From Octopus sinensis (lineage: Eukaryota): 64,000 nt of DNA. The stretch spans positions 43,524,001 to 43,588,000 of the forward strand of contig NC_043012.1 of NCBI RefSeq assembly GCF_006345805.1. Direction: 5' to 3'. A model generated the notes under the pieces. The model was not told where the DNA came from. It worked only from the letters and a program-made list of their open reading frames with translations, and did no database searches. Both the position numbers and the translations under genes were made by a program. Shown piece after piece: positions 11,824-26,156 of the stretch (its first letter is position 1; each line of letters begins with the position of its first letter).

Positions 11824-12397
11824 AAGGCGGCGAGCTAGCAGAAACGTTAGCACGCCGGGCGAAGTGCGTAGCCGTATTTTGCCTGCCATTACGTTCTGAG
11901 TTCAAATTCCGCCGAGGTCGACTTTGCCTTTCATCCTTTCGGGGTCGATTAAATAAGTACCAGTTACGCACTGGGGTCGATATAATCGACTTAATCCGTT
12001 TGTCCTTGTTTGTCCCTTCTGTGTTTAGTCCCTTATGGGTAGTAAAGAAAAAGGTATTTCGCCTGCCGCTACGTTCTGAGTTCAAATTCCGCCGAGGTCG
12101 ACCTTGCCTTTCATCCTTTCGGGGTCGATTAAATAAGTACCAGTTACGCACTGGGGTCGATATAATCGACTTAATACATTTGTATGTCCTTGTTTGTCCT
12201 CTCTTTGCTTAGCCCCTTGTGAGTAGTAAAGAAATAGGTATTTGGTCTGTCTTCACGTTCTGAGTTCAAATTCCGCTGAGGTCGACTTTGCCTTCCATTC
12301 TCTTTGGGTCAATAGATTAAGAACTAGTGAAACACTGGGGTCGATGTAATCGACTTATTCCCGTTCCCTGGTTGACCTTGAGACAAAATTTAAAATC
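11824..12397 (+). mobile_element. SINE family B with one head and three tandem body units
   Basis: Head AAGGCGGCGAGCTAGCAGAAACGTTAGCACGCCGGG once, then a body (GTATTT..ACGTTCTGAGTTCAAATTCCGCCGAGGTCGAC..CATCCTTTCGGGGTCGA) starting at 11874, 12054 and 12238; ends in an ATT tail. Confidence 0.9.
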
Positions 12398-12415
12398 ATT
12401 ATTATCATTATTATT

Positions 12416-12700
12416 CCTTCGTAATACCGTGTTGGTAAAAATGTACCGGAGTCTTTAGTCATCTGCCTAGTCAGAACAAGAACCTCAGACAGATAAGACT
12501 TTCCTTAAGATGTGCGCTGTACCCAATAAGGCTTCTTTATAGGGTACAAGACATCAATTTTGCATGGGATTTCCAGTTGCCTTAAGAAGTTTTGAAGTTT
12601 CAGTGGGATTGAGCCCAACGCTCCGATCACCACTGGTATCTCTTTTACATTACCCAATCGCATTCCACAGTCATTTCCACTTTCAATTCAGAGTACTTGG
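12416..12700 (-). mobile_element. R4/Dong-clade LINE 3' fragment
   Basis: Minus strand reads KEIPVVIGALGSIPLKL...ALLGTAHILRKVLSV* (C-terminus after the restriction-like endonuclease); ATT repeats on both sides. Confidence 0.8.
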
Positions 12701-12703
12701 TGA

Positions 12704-12704
<1 letters not shown>

Positions 12705-12764
<60 letters not shown>
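12705..12764. repeat. (ATT)n microsatellite
   Basis: Pure ATT run. Confidence 0.98.
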
Positions 12765-12765
12765 G

Positions 12766-13310
12766 ACTGAGGGAGCAGTGCATGCTATCTAAGTGAAACT
12801 GGGATAAAATATATGAAGACAAATATACCCATCATGACAACCCGTCTGATAAGGCTACACCAGGCACATGCATCACAACTATATGTGTGCGACATAGTGT
12901 TCTCATATTAAGATAAACAGCGCATGACCTTGCAGGTAGGGCCCAGTTAGAATTTTCTTCAGGTCGAGTTGCCCATCCCGCTCAAAAGGTCCCTGAATAA
13001 GAGATGTTTAAGGATGATGAACAAAATACCCATGTTTCCAGAGGTGAATTATCCAAACTCCAAAGAATTCCTGATGCTCCCCCAGTACTTCTGTTCGTGA
13101 TCAGAGATGCACACAACGTCAGCCACTAAGGGAATGCTCAACTGGTTATGGTCAAGGAACTGACAAGCAAATCTTGGTACTGAAGAGAATATTTGCTGGC
13201 CATTTTTTATACCGAGTCAAAACAATGTATATGATAACACTTCCAATCAGTTAAGATATAGAAGCCATGAGAGCCACTGTCTGGTACTGCATTAGGGCAT
13301 ATATTGTTGT
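12766..13310 (-). mobile_element. Unclassified non-coding interspersed repeat between (ATT)n tracts
   Basis: About 545 bp of complex non-coding sequence with sharp borders at two ATT microsatellites. Resembles a repeat I recall from octopus genomes, but there is no second copy here to confirm it. Confidence 0.35.
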
Positions 13311-13315
13311 TGCTG

Positions 13316-13397
<82 letters not shown>

Positions 13398-13421
13398 GTT
13401 GTTGTTGTTGTTGTTTTTATT

Positions 13422-13594
13422 AAGGCAGCAAGCTGGCAGAATTTTTAGCACACTGGACAAAATGCTTAGCGGTTTTCACCCGTCGCTACGTTCAGAGTTC
13501 AAATCCCGTCGAGATCAATTCTGCCTTTCATCCTTTCGATGTAGTCGACTAAGCCACTCCCAATAAATTTCAGGCCTTGCGCCTAAAATAAAGG

Positions 13595-13640
<46 letters not shown>
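13422..13640 (+). mobile_element. SINE family B (internally deleted) with ATT tail
   Basis: AAGGCAGCAAGCTGGCAGAA..CGTTCAGAGTTCAAAT..GCCTTTCATCCTTTCG..AATTTCAGGCCTTG, then (ATT)n; preceded by (ATT)n(GTT)n. Confidence 0.85.
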
Positions 13641-13644
<4 letters not shown>

Positions 13645-13749
13645 CATCATCATCATCACTATTTTCATGAACATCTTCTTTCAATTCTGTTTCCATTTCT
13701 TGCCGAGTGCTTTCCTGACATCGAGGGCATAGAAACGTACTGTATATAT

Positions 13750-13990
13750 TGGCAGGCCATTAAAACAAACACACTAGATTGTTTATTTGCAGAGTAGAGT
13801 GTGCGGTGTGTTTCTCTTCAGATGGCCTTCCTAATGCATAGTAATAGGGGTGTATTACTTCTGTATACACTTCTCGGGTCCATTTGATCTTACATTTTTC
13901 TTTCTGTGGTGGGTGTGTTGGTGGACTTGGAGGGCTCGATTTGGGGCAGTTCCCATTCAATTCGATATTATCACTGAATCCTTTCACAGT
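13750..13990 (-). mobile_element. Probable N-terminal fragment of an R4/Dong ORF
   Basis: KCKIKWTREVYTEVIHPYYYALGRP resembles the KWT..E....I..YY segment near the start of R4/Dong ORFs; adjoins (ATT)n at 14032. Confidence 0.4.
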
Positions 13991-14031
13991 ATGTAGTAGT
14001 CCTTCAAGCTCTTCATCATCTTTCCTAAATA

Positions 14032-14106
<75 letters not shown>

Positions 14107-14108
<2 letters not shown>

Positions 14109-14340
14109 GGCGGTGTGCAGGTAGAATCGTTAGCACGCTGGATGAAATGCTTTGCGTTATCTCGCCTGTCGCTATGTTCTGAGTTCAAATTCTGCCGTGA
14201 TCGACTTTGCCTTTCATTCTTTCGGGTCGATAAATTAAGCCTCAATGAATCATTGGGGTTGGTGTAATCGACTATTCCCCTCTCCAACAAAATTTCAGGC
14301 TTTATGCTTATAGTAGAAAGGTTTATTAATGTTATTATTC
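14107..14340 (+). mobile_element. SINE family B
   Basis: Complete head-body-tail match to the other family B copies; sits right after (ATT)n 14032-14106. Confidence 0.88.
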
Positions 14341-14344
14341 GTAG

Positions 14345-15209
14345 CGAATGCACATGCGTCATATCGTACGTAAGCTTATCTGTTTCTTTGTGTCTTCAAA
14401 AGGTGTAAGTTAGTGACATTTTGTTACGAAGCGTTTGTCAAAGCTATCAACATTATGTGGGTTTAGTTGTTTATTTGCTTGCACCTCTTTGAGGGCTCAA
14501 ATCTGAGAAGAAAATTTTCATTTAGATCTAGAAAATAATTCTTTAATAAATTTTTCGATGTCTGCCTTGCCTCATGTCATGGAAGAAGTTAGAGGTTGCT
14601 TTAGCAGAGAGTTGCAGCACACATCAGAGTCGTTCGTCCTCAACCTTGACATGGAAGGGAAAGTGAACATTCACAAAGTCCAAAGTTCAATAGAGTACAC
14701 ATGACAAGAAACAGTAGCAGCAGCACACCACCACCACCAACAACAACAGGAACACAGCGGGGGAATTAAATTGCAACTATGAAATTGACTTCCCCACAAC
14801 GAAAGCGACAACACTGAAGCCATCAACCAACAAAGCAAAAAACGAAAAAAAAATAAATAAATAAAAACGACGACAACAACACTACCACGAACACGGCCAC
14901 CACAAATACCATCACCTCCACCATCACCAATGCAACAACAAAAAGTACGACAGAAGGAAAAACAAAAACAATAGTAACAGAGAAAACCACAGCAGCACAA
15001 GAGCAACAACATCAACGTGAATAACAAAAACAATATCATCAATAACAACAGCAACAACAACAATACATTTGCAGGAAGGGCTGCAAAAGGAACTGAACTG
15101 TTTAGTATGAACATTTTAGAAAAATATATCTCTGGCCCAGGCGGCCTAAACTGATGAAACTTGAAAACTCATGGGCTGACGTAGTCATTCCTACCCCACA
15201 GAAATACAC

Positions 15210-15291
<82 letters not shown>

Positions 15292-17705
15292 CAGTAATAC
15301 ATAAATGTTTTCCCATAAACACAAAACGGCCAGAGACAGCGTGATAAACTGACGTAGAAGTAACACCGAAAGACATAATGTTCGACATATAGTATATCGC
15401 GAGGGTCAATCAATTTACGGGTTTCCACAGCAGAGAATCTCTGGCCATCAAACACTCGGTAAGAGTGTAGATCTCAGAGATTCCACCTGAGGTGAATATC
15501 TGGTGGATTTTAGTATGCTCAGTCTTGGAAGTGAGTAACAGCATCGTGGAGGTGAAGTGAAACTGTCGTGAAAACTGGATATAGGATTAGTGTTGAAGCT
15601 TTACTCCACAATAAAGCAGAATCTATCCACAATCCCAGACCTCATTTGCCTTCTGGCAGAGGAGAAACTGCATGTTACAGTTGAGGGACAGAGTGCCACC
15701 TGAGTGGAGAGACTGGCCACTTCCCTCGACAGAAAACAGGGAACCATTGGACCACTTACAGCCAACACCAAGCCCCCGAAAGGGCACAGCAACAAAACCA
15801 ACAGCGAAAAATTACAAAAGCGGCACCAACCCCGGGAAAAAGGCAATATTAATAACAAGTACAGCAAAATTAGCAACTGCTAGGACAACAACAACACCAG
15901 AAACAACAGCAGCACTAGCAATACTAACAACACCAGCAGCAAAAACATCACCAGCATTTTTAACTGCAGAAAGGGAAATAACGGATACAAAAACACCTAG
16001 ACACTTCGTGCTAGTGAGGAGGACAACAAAGAATTGATAGTCCTCATAGCATGAAGATTGGACATTGAGAGAGAGGAGGAGAGAGGAAGAGAGATAGATA
16101 GATGGAGAGAGAGATGAATAGAGAGAGACGGAGAGAGAGATGGGCGTTTGGTCTTATGTACCAACACTTTTCAAGGGCCAGAAACACTTATGAGAGTATG
16201 TCGATGGAAACCTGTAAAAGCATTAGGGAGAGGTTCCCTCATGGCGTGGGAACCCCTAATTTAAAGGCCAGGCGTAGTCTTTTAGGGAGGTTCCCAAAGG
16301 ATATGTTGGTCAAACCATTTGACATCCAACGGGACCCACAGAAGTAGTCAGCTTTATTTTTTTCTCTGAAATCTTTCCCATCAAATTGGCGGGTTTAAGA
16401 GTGGGTTGTATAAAAATGTTCGTGGGCTGGGATCGCCCTGGAGACAACGCCTACTCAACAACCCCTATTGACCCGGATGGTGGAGGTTCGACGCAGCAGC
16501 AAACCTACAACTCGGTCTTTGACAAGCAGAGACGGGCTCTTGCTGCTCGAATTCAAGCTCACGTGTGCGGTATTTCAGCGGCACTTTATAGAGCCAAACT
16601 TTATAGAGTGCGCGGTGGGTCAGAGACGGGGGTAGAATTCTTCTGCTACCGAAACGGCTACGGATGTAGAGTTCTCCCGGTGTACCAAGCTTACAGAGAC
16701 CGGATTAGATAAGCGGGCGTTGACGGGAGCAATCGACAACAACAAATGATGATTTGCCTTGAAAAGGGCAATTAGAGTAGAATCAGTAAGTTTCAGTAAG
16801 GTATTAGTGACTGAAAGGAATAAAATAGAAGGGAACTTTGTTAGAATCTCAGAAGAGGCGCTTAGGAAAGGCGTTGCAACCCACGTGCTGGCTGGAAGAT
16901 TTGCCCTGGACCAATTCTTCAATACTGAGCACAAAAGATGCATTGTCAGAGCTAAGGTGCGTGCTCTAAGACAAGAGGGAACGAAAGCCGCTCGATTGGC
17001 GCAAGTGGAAGAGATGTAATGTGGATAGAAAACCACGATTCGGTCTTTGGTGGACCAAAATGAACGCATGGTACTCAAGCCGAAGCAGATGTGTGCAGCG
17101 TTTCAGAAGATCTTCACACAACTGTTTAGGATCAATGGCAGTCCAGAACGCAGCTTTCGTCCAGTGCCCGAGCATTGCTGACTTGTGGGTTTATGTCTAA
17201 CACCGGCTGATGCTTGTAGTACAGGTTCGGCTATCAGCTGAGTCCATCGTGAAGAACACCCTACAGCCTTCCTTCGACCAGCAAGGGCAGGCAGTGTTTC
17301 TTTGTCTGGTGGCCTCAGCGAATGAGGTTGTGTGATGGACCAGGTTGAAATGGCTGAAGATAGACGCTTTTCTCTTTGATGAAACCCTCATCAACTTTTT
17401 CAAGTTTTACTTGAAAAGGAAAGTGAGAGTAGAGCAATTTTGTTAAAAGGTGGGATAATGCAGCGCGAATGGCCCGAGTGAACGGACTTACTGTAAGCTT
17501 GCACCTCTTGATCGACGGATGAAATAGAGAGGGCACATGTAGGGTTTCCACAAGCAGCCTTTGGAAGTATCCCTCTTTTGGGGATTTATTAATCATATTT
17601 TTATTGTTATTCTTTCTTTATACCATTCAATCTCACTCTATATGTATTGTCCTGTACTGTCCCTAATCTTTTATATGAACCCTCAGTGGTTACTAAAGAA
17701 AAAAT
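14345..17705 (+). mobile_element. Tx1/L1-clade non-LTR element, internally deleted (ORF1, partial APE, linker and C-terminus; RT missing)
   Basis: ORF1 remnants YIARVNQ, ISEIPPEVNIWWI and HVTVEG..CHLSGETGH. ORF2 start LAGLRVGCI(N)VRGLG (APE NVRGL motif), linker RCIVRAKVRALRQEG..TTIRSLVDQN..FQKIFTQLF, C-terminus LVASANEVV*WTRLK..LINFFKFYLKRKVRVE. 3' end CCCTCAGTGGTTACTAAAGAAAAAA. 5' boundary approximate. Confidence 0.8.
15213..15288. repeat. (GA)n microsatellite inside the ORF1 remnant
   Basis: Pure GA run between ..QKYTG and KTVIHK. Confidence 0.95.
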
Positions 17706-17899
17706 TTCATTATCATTGATATTATTATTGTTATTGTTGTTGTTGTTGTTGTTGATGTTAATACAAACACAAGAGGGTAAGTGTCAATAACCTCGCAAAT
17801 TTATCAGACTGTTTAGCAGACATAATTTTATTAAATGGTATAGACATCTCAAAAAAATGAATAGGAATATTATATTTCTAAAAGTTTTAACTATAATAT

Positions 17900-18625
17900 C
17901 ACGCTGACTGACGCCTCTCGAGGCTTGTGTACACTGTAATGCTTACATAATGTCTAGTGAATCCGACCATGCCCAGCTTTATATTTCAGAGTCAAGGTGG
18001 AGCACTCTGAACTATTTGATCTGTTGTTTCCAATTGTTCCTCACATATCTTGCCTTTTGGGTTTGTTCCATTTGTAAGGATGTTTGCCTGATATTTTCTT
18101 GCAAATAAACTCTGGTCTGGTGCAGCCAGGATAAATCTCTCCGTTTTAGGTTTAAACTCTGAGCTTCGCAGCTACTCATAAGGTTATGGATGGTCAACAT
18201 CAGCACCCTTGGGTGCGAAGTAGATATTGGCCTTGCAAAGTATTTGTTCTATTTTACAGATTTCTGAAGTCCCCAATTTTTGCTTTAATCCTGTGGATTC
18301 CAGCTGCTTTGGCTGTCAGTTGGTTATCCTCATTTGCAATTTCTCTGTTTCCTATTCTTAGATAACTTCCATATTTCCCTTTACGTAATGGAGTCTTGTT
18401 TTCATGGTCTTTTACTAATACAATCAATCAATCTCTGGTTTAGTTTAAATATTTTTGCAAGCCATTTGTTGCTGTTTTATTGGAGAATTGAAGTTGATGA
18501 GTCCTCTTGCAACTCTTTTTTCGGCAGTTGAGGATGGTCAATATCTGACTTCGTGTGATGCATTGTATTTGCGGTGAAAAATTTCCATGTTTTCCCTCCA
18601 TTCTCTGAAGGTCAGATACATCAGT
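17900..18625 (-). mobile_element. Decayed R4/Dong fragment (zinc-finger region)
   Basis: Minus strand reads KPKTERFILAAPDQSLFARKYQANILTNGTNPKGKICEEQLET, matching the ETEG..AAQDQ.L.TRNY..CR.C..ET..H region. Confidence 0.7.
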
Positions 18626-18626
18626 C

Positions 18627-19085
18627 TTTTATTCTTTTCCTTGTTTCAGTCATTTGGCTTCGGCTATCCTGGAGCGCCGCCTCGAAGGGTTGTAGTCGAA
18701 CAAATCGACCTCAGGACTTATGTTTAAAGCCTAGTACTTATTCTGTCGGTCTCTTTTGCCGTAACAGCTAAGTTACGGGGACGTAAACTCACTAACACCG
18801 GTTGTCAAGCGATGATGAGGGATGAGTGGAGAAACACAGACACAAAGACACACACACACACACGCACGCACACACACACACTCACACACACACGCATACA
18901 CACACACACACACGCGTGCGCACATATATATACACAATGGGATTCTTTCAGATCCTGTCTGCTAAATCCACTCGCAAGGCGTTGGTTGGCCCCAGGTAGA
19001 AAACAGTAGCCCAGAGTGCAGCGTAGTGGAACTGAATCCGGAGCCATGTGGTAGGGAAGCAGGCGCCTTACTACACGGCCAGCCT
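18627..19085 (-). mobile_element. SINE family A
   Basis: Reverse complement of the head, central (CA)n and GACTGAAACAAG tail seen in the other copies. Confidence 0.88.
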
Positions 19086-19379
19086 AGTTGATATTGAAAC
19101 TCTTTTTTGCACTTCAGCTACAGTTAAGCTGATGACAGCTGCCTGCAAATTCTAGAGCTGAGCTCAGTTTTCAGAACCAGTCTTAGTCTTCCATAATTCC
19201 TATTTCGGAGCGTTTCTTTTATTTAAGTATGTTGACTTCATTTATTCTTGTGTATGCTTAGATATTTATAATTACCCTAAAAAAAAAACACTCCTTGTTT
19301 AGTAGTGTTTCTTTATGTCAAGTTTGATGGATGATATTGAAATTAGGTTTCTCATTTTCAAATCACATTTGCCCACTTC

Positions 19380-19960
19380 TCAAATCCAAATTTCTTTCCT
19401 ATATTGGTAAACTGCTCCACTGTTAAAATTCTTCTGAATTAAGATAATTCTAGTATGTAGTTTCTGGTCATCCATAAAGAATAAGCGATTGCTTTTAAAG
19501 TTGTTATTGCTTGTTAGTTTGTATACATACTTGTTGTTATTCGATTGATTAGAAAGCGAAAAGAGTATCATATTAAACAAAAGATTCACTTTGGAAAATT
19601 CCAACGTATATTTTGATTTTGCTCAATTGCATGACTCCGTCACAGCGGGTTTTAAAGAGAGCTGTTTGTTTTGTGATAACATGTCGAATAGAGCTAAAAT
19701 TGATCGAGTGATGTGTTCCTCTTGTTTTCATAATCCATTAATGAGGAACACTGTCAAAAGCGTTTCGGTAATCAATCCATGTAGTACTCAATTTTCTAGT
19801 ACCATTATATTAAACATCAGTTGATCTTTACACTCGTAGGATTTCCGTTTATTTTGGTTCTTGTGGAATGGTGGCGGTTGAATATTAAATTCAAAGTTTT
19901 GTATGTCATGTAAGGTATGTAATAAATCTATGGTTATCATTATTATAATCTTCTTGTGTC
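19380..19960 (-). mobile_element. Decayed R4/Dong RT fragment
   Basis: SYECKDQLMFN..WIDYRNAFDSVPH and RLFFMDDQKLH (variant of HLLYMDDLKLY). Confidence 0.7.
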
Positions 19961-19989
19961 AAGATTGATCTTATTCTACATAGAATTTA

Positions 19990-20230
19990 TGAGGGTAGTG
20001 GGTAACTACTTGTAACCTTATATATCCGTTAAGATATCAAGTAAGTACTGGTCTTATGATCTTGTTCCTATTCCTAAGAGGAAAACATTCTCAAGTGTAC
20101 AGGACATTCCATTCCATCTCCTTTGTCCATCTGTTTATTTCATCGCTCACACTACCTAATGCGGTACAATCTTTACACATTTCATACTCCACATGCTTGC
20201 AATCTCAAATTTTAAGGATTTGTAGTTTTT
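19990..20230 (-). mobile_element. Decayed R4/Dong 3' fragment
   Basis: YKSLKFEIASMWSMKCVKIV...LGIGTR..RPVL, a C-terminal pattern of this clade. Confidence 0.6.
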
Positions 20231-20246
20231 CAACTTCTTTTTTTCA

Positions 20247-20425
20247 ACGTCGTCGTCGTAGTCATCATCATCATTATCATCATCATCATCATCATCACTG
20301 TCGTCATTGTCGTCGACGTCCGCCTCCTTCTCCTCCTCATCCTCCTCCTCCTCCTCATCATCATCATCATTGTCGTCGTCATCGTCGTCGTCGTCGCCGT
20401 TATCATCATCATTATTATTATCATT
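20247..20425. repeat. Compound trinucleotide microsatellite (CGT/CAT/CCT)
   Basis: Mosaic of short triplet runs; accounts for the poly-His/Arg/Pro ORFs. Confidence 0.9.
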
Positions 20426-20459
20426 TTAGTTTGGCTCAGGTTCGGTCTTATTCCTGATA

Positions 20460-21460
20460 GCGAGTTACTCCCTATAACCTTAGGTATCCACAAATTTTCA
20501 GCTGTATTTCAAGTGCTTTGAACCCTCCTGATAATCCTTGCTCTCCATAAGAGACAAACTTCCTATAGGAGCTCTACCGGGTATTGCATTCCAATCTCTT
20601 TCAGTCATTTGTCTATATCTTGGATCACTGTTCCCAACGCATCAAATATTACAGGTACAACCTTTACTGTTTGCATGCTGCAAATTCTTCCTATTACAAA
20701 GTTTAAGGGATTGTATTTTATTGTTTTTCTTCCTCATTCTTTACGATCATGAAATCAAAGAGTTAGGGTAAGTAAGCAACTACGCTCTTTCTTATCTATA
20801 ATCGCTATGTCTGGTCTATTATTTTCTAATTTCTTCTCCGTTTGAATAGGAAAGTCCCACAAAATATTACATTTCTCCGACTCCAGTATTCTTTCCACAC
20901 GACGATTGTATCATGTATTTCCAGCCTCAAATCCCCATTTTTGACACAGTTTCCACTGTAAAACTTTTACAATGTGGACGTTTCTCCCCTTGTTGTATTC
21001 TTCCTGCGCCAACTTAAAACATTCTTTCACAATGTGTGGCACTGTCTCATTCCAAGTTCAGCTCTACATTTCTCTGACTCATTTTCTCCGTATATATATT
21101 TTTCTCAAGTTGTTTGTTTTTATCGCTTGATCTTGGGCTGTTACTATTAGACTCTCTGTTTATTTTTATAATTGCCCCATTTTTAACCAGGCCCAGGATT
21201 TTATTCCACATCCATCTTCAGTAGCTCTCCAAAATTGGCCATGCAGAGGTTTCTCTTCCATTTGTCTGATGTGCTCTCCTTGTATTTCATTTCTGTCCGT
21301 TTCTCTTATTACGCGCTTGATCACCTGTTCTTTATTAACTGCCTTTAGTAGTCTTTCTGTGCTGCTTTGTAAATACTCTACTAGACATTCTCTTTCCATT
21401 TGTACACATTCTTCTACTGCTATTAAGCCTCTTTCACCCTGGTCAGTCCTCAAGTACAGC
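20460..21460 (-). mobile_element. R4/Dong LINE fragment (thumb, zinc finger and RLE)
   Basis: QGERGLIAVEECV..EEKPLHGQFWR; ETVPHIVKECFKLAQEEY; ILWDFPIQTEKKLENRPDIAIIDKKE. Confidence 0.85.
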
Positions 21461-21539
21461 CGGTTGATACCAGTTTTCGGATTTATTACTGTTGTTGTTG
21501 TTGTTGTTCTCGCCGTTGTTTTACATTTCAGAACGTTTT

Positions 21540-21575
<36 letters not shown>

Positions 21576-21599
21576 TATTATTATTATTATTATTATTAT

Positions 21600-22180
21600 T
21601 GTCTTTGTACAGCTTCTAACGCTGGAGATGTAATACGGTGTCAGCTGTTCACTATCAGTGAACTAAGGTGACACCCCTTATTTTTCGAGCACCATCCAGA
21701 GTATTCGAGCGATTCCAAGCAGTGCTGTTTTCTGCTAATGCTCCACCTTCATTTCAGCCCCTATTTGTTCCATGTACTTCTCAAGATATTTACTCACTGT
21801 TCCCAGGGCTCCGACAATTATTTATTCTACTACCACCTTTTCCACCGACCACAACTGCTTAACCTCCCAAGCTAACCTATCATATCTACCAACTTTTCTT
21901 TCTTGCTTATCATATGCCTGGTTGTCAGCTTGGCATGCTATATCTATGATCCAGCATAGTTTGCTGTCTTTCTCAATTAACACTCTGTCTAGCTTCCTGT
22001 TCTCTATTTCATGGTCGCACTGAGTCATAAATTCTTTGCATTTTCATTTTTGATTATACCTTCGGGTTTATGGTCGTACCTATTTTTTCCTCTGTCAAAT
22101 CCATACTTGCTGTAAAGTGTCCAACGGACAATCCTTGCTTTATTGTCATGGCGTCTCTTATGTTCTTTCTGAGCTAGTGG
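21600..22180 (-). mobile_element. R4/Dong LINE 3' fragment, distinct subfamily
   Basis: KRRHDNKARIVRW; DHEIENRKLDRVLIEKDSKLCWIIDIAC; KVGRYDRLAWEVKQLW. Its 3' end abuts (ATT)n 21542-21599. Confidence 0.85.
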
Positions 22181-22183
22181 CGG

Positions 22184-22300
22184 GTATTTGTTTTCATCCT
22201 TTCGGGGTCGATGAATTATGTACCAGTTGAACACTGGAGTCGACACATTTCCTCCCCCAAAATGGCTGCCCTTGTGGGAAAACTTGAAACCATTATTATT
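22184..22300 (+). mobile_element. SINE family B 3' half with ATT tail
   Basis: TTTCATCCTTTCGGGGTCGATGAATTATGTACCAGTTGAACACTGGAGTCGA, followed by (ATT)n. Confidence 0.75.
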
Positions 22301-22370
22301 GCTGCTGTTATTGTTGTTATTATTATTATTATTTTTTTTATATATTTTTTTTTATTATTATTATTATTAC

Positions 22371-22435
<65 letters not shown>

Positions 22436-22440
<5 letters not shown>

Positions 22441-22923
22441 TAGTTTTATTTTTAGAGCGTGCTTTCACTTCCCTACCGAGCGCAGCTCTGTGTGCCTTGG
22501 GTATGTGCTGTGATTTGTTGTGATGCTCTGATGGTTATTGTATGGAAAGTGTTCTGCGTAGGATGTGTGCAGTGTCTAGTAGTGCAATTTTCTGTATGTT
22601 ATATGTGTTTGTAAGTCCTGGTGTTTTTGTTATGTATTTGTCTGAATATTTTTTTATCATGCCTAATGCACCTACTATGATAGGAATTGTTTCTGTTTTC
22701 AGATTCCACATTCTAGTTACCTCTATTTCCAGGTCTTTGTATTTTGAGAGTTTCTCCATTTCTTTTAGAGACACGTTGTCATCTGCCGGTATTGATACAT
22801 CAATTAGAAAGCATTTTTTTTCTTCATGATCTCTGACCTATATCTGGTCTGTTGGCCTTAATTTCTCTATCTGTGTGTATCGGCATATACCAGAGTATGG
22901 TTGCTTTCTCGTTTTCTGTGACC

Positions 22924-22926
<3 letters not shown>
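22436..22926 (-). mobile_element. 5'-truncated R4/Dong copy between two (ATT)n tracts
   Basis: ILWYMPIHTDREIKANRPDI..LIDVSIP..SLKEMEKLSKYKDLEIEVTRMW..IPIIVGALG..IQKIALLDTAHILRRTLSIQ*. The 3' UTR ends ATTCAGTA on the + strand. Confidence 0.92.
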
Positions 22927-22999
<73 letters not shown>

Positions 23000-23003
23000 C
23001 ATG

Positions 23004-23038
<35 letters not shown>

Positions 23039-23056
23039 TATTATCATTATTATTAC

Positions 23057-23141
<85 letters not shown>

Positions 23142-23159
23142 ATTATCATTATTATTATT

Positions 23160-23160
<1 letters not shown>
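22927..23160. repeat. Long (ATT)n microsatellite
   Basis: About 230 bp of ATT with few interruptions. Confidence 0.98.
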
Positions 23161-23500
<340 letters not shown>

Positions 23501-23501
23501 T

Positions 23502-26017
<2,516 letters not shown>

Positions 26018-26073
26018 CTTTATTATTATTATTATTGTTGTTGTTGTTGTTCTTCTTCTTCTTCTTCTTCTTC

Positions 26074-26151
<78 letters not shown>

Positions 26152-26156
<5 letters not shown>

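Noticed and set aside
13200-13310. Patchy resemblance to U2 snRNA (ATCAGTT..GATAT; CTGGTACTGCA)
   Set aside because: Matches are short, the spacing does not fit U2, and there is no Sm site or 5' end.
14671-15114. 147-aa hydrophobic minus-strand ORF
   Set aside because: Mirror of the CAA/ACA-rich low-complexity part of the Tx1-like ORF1 region.
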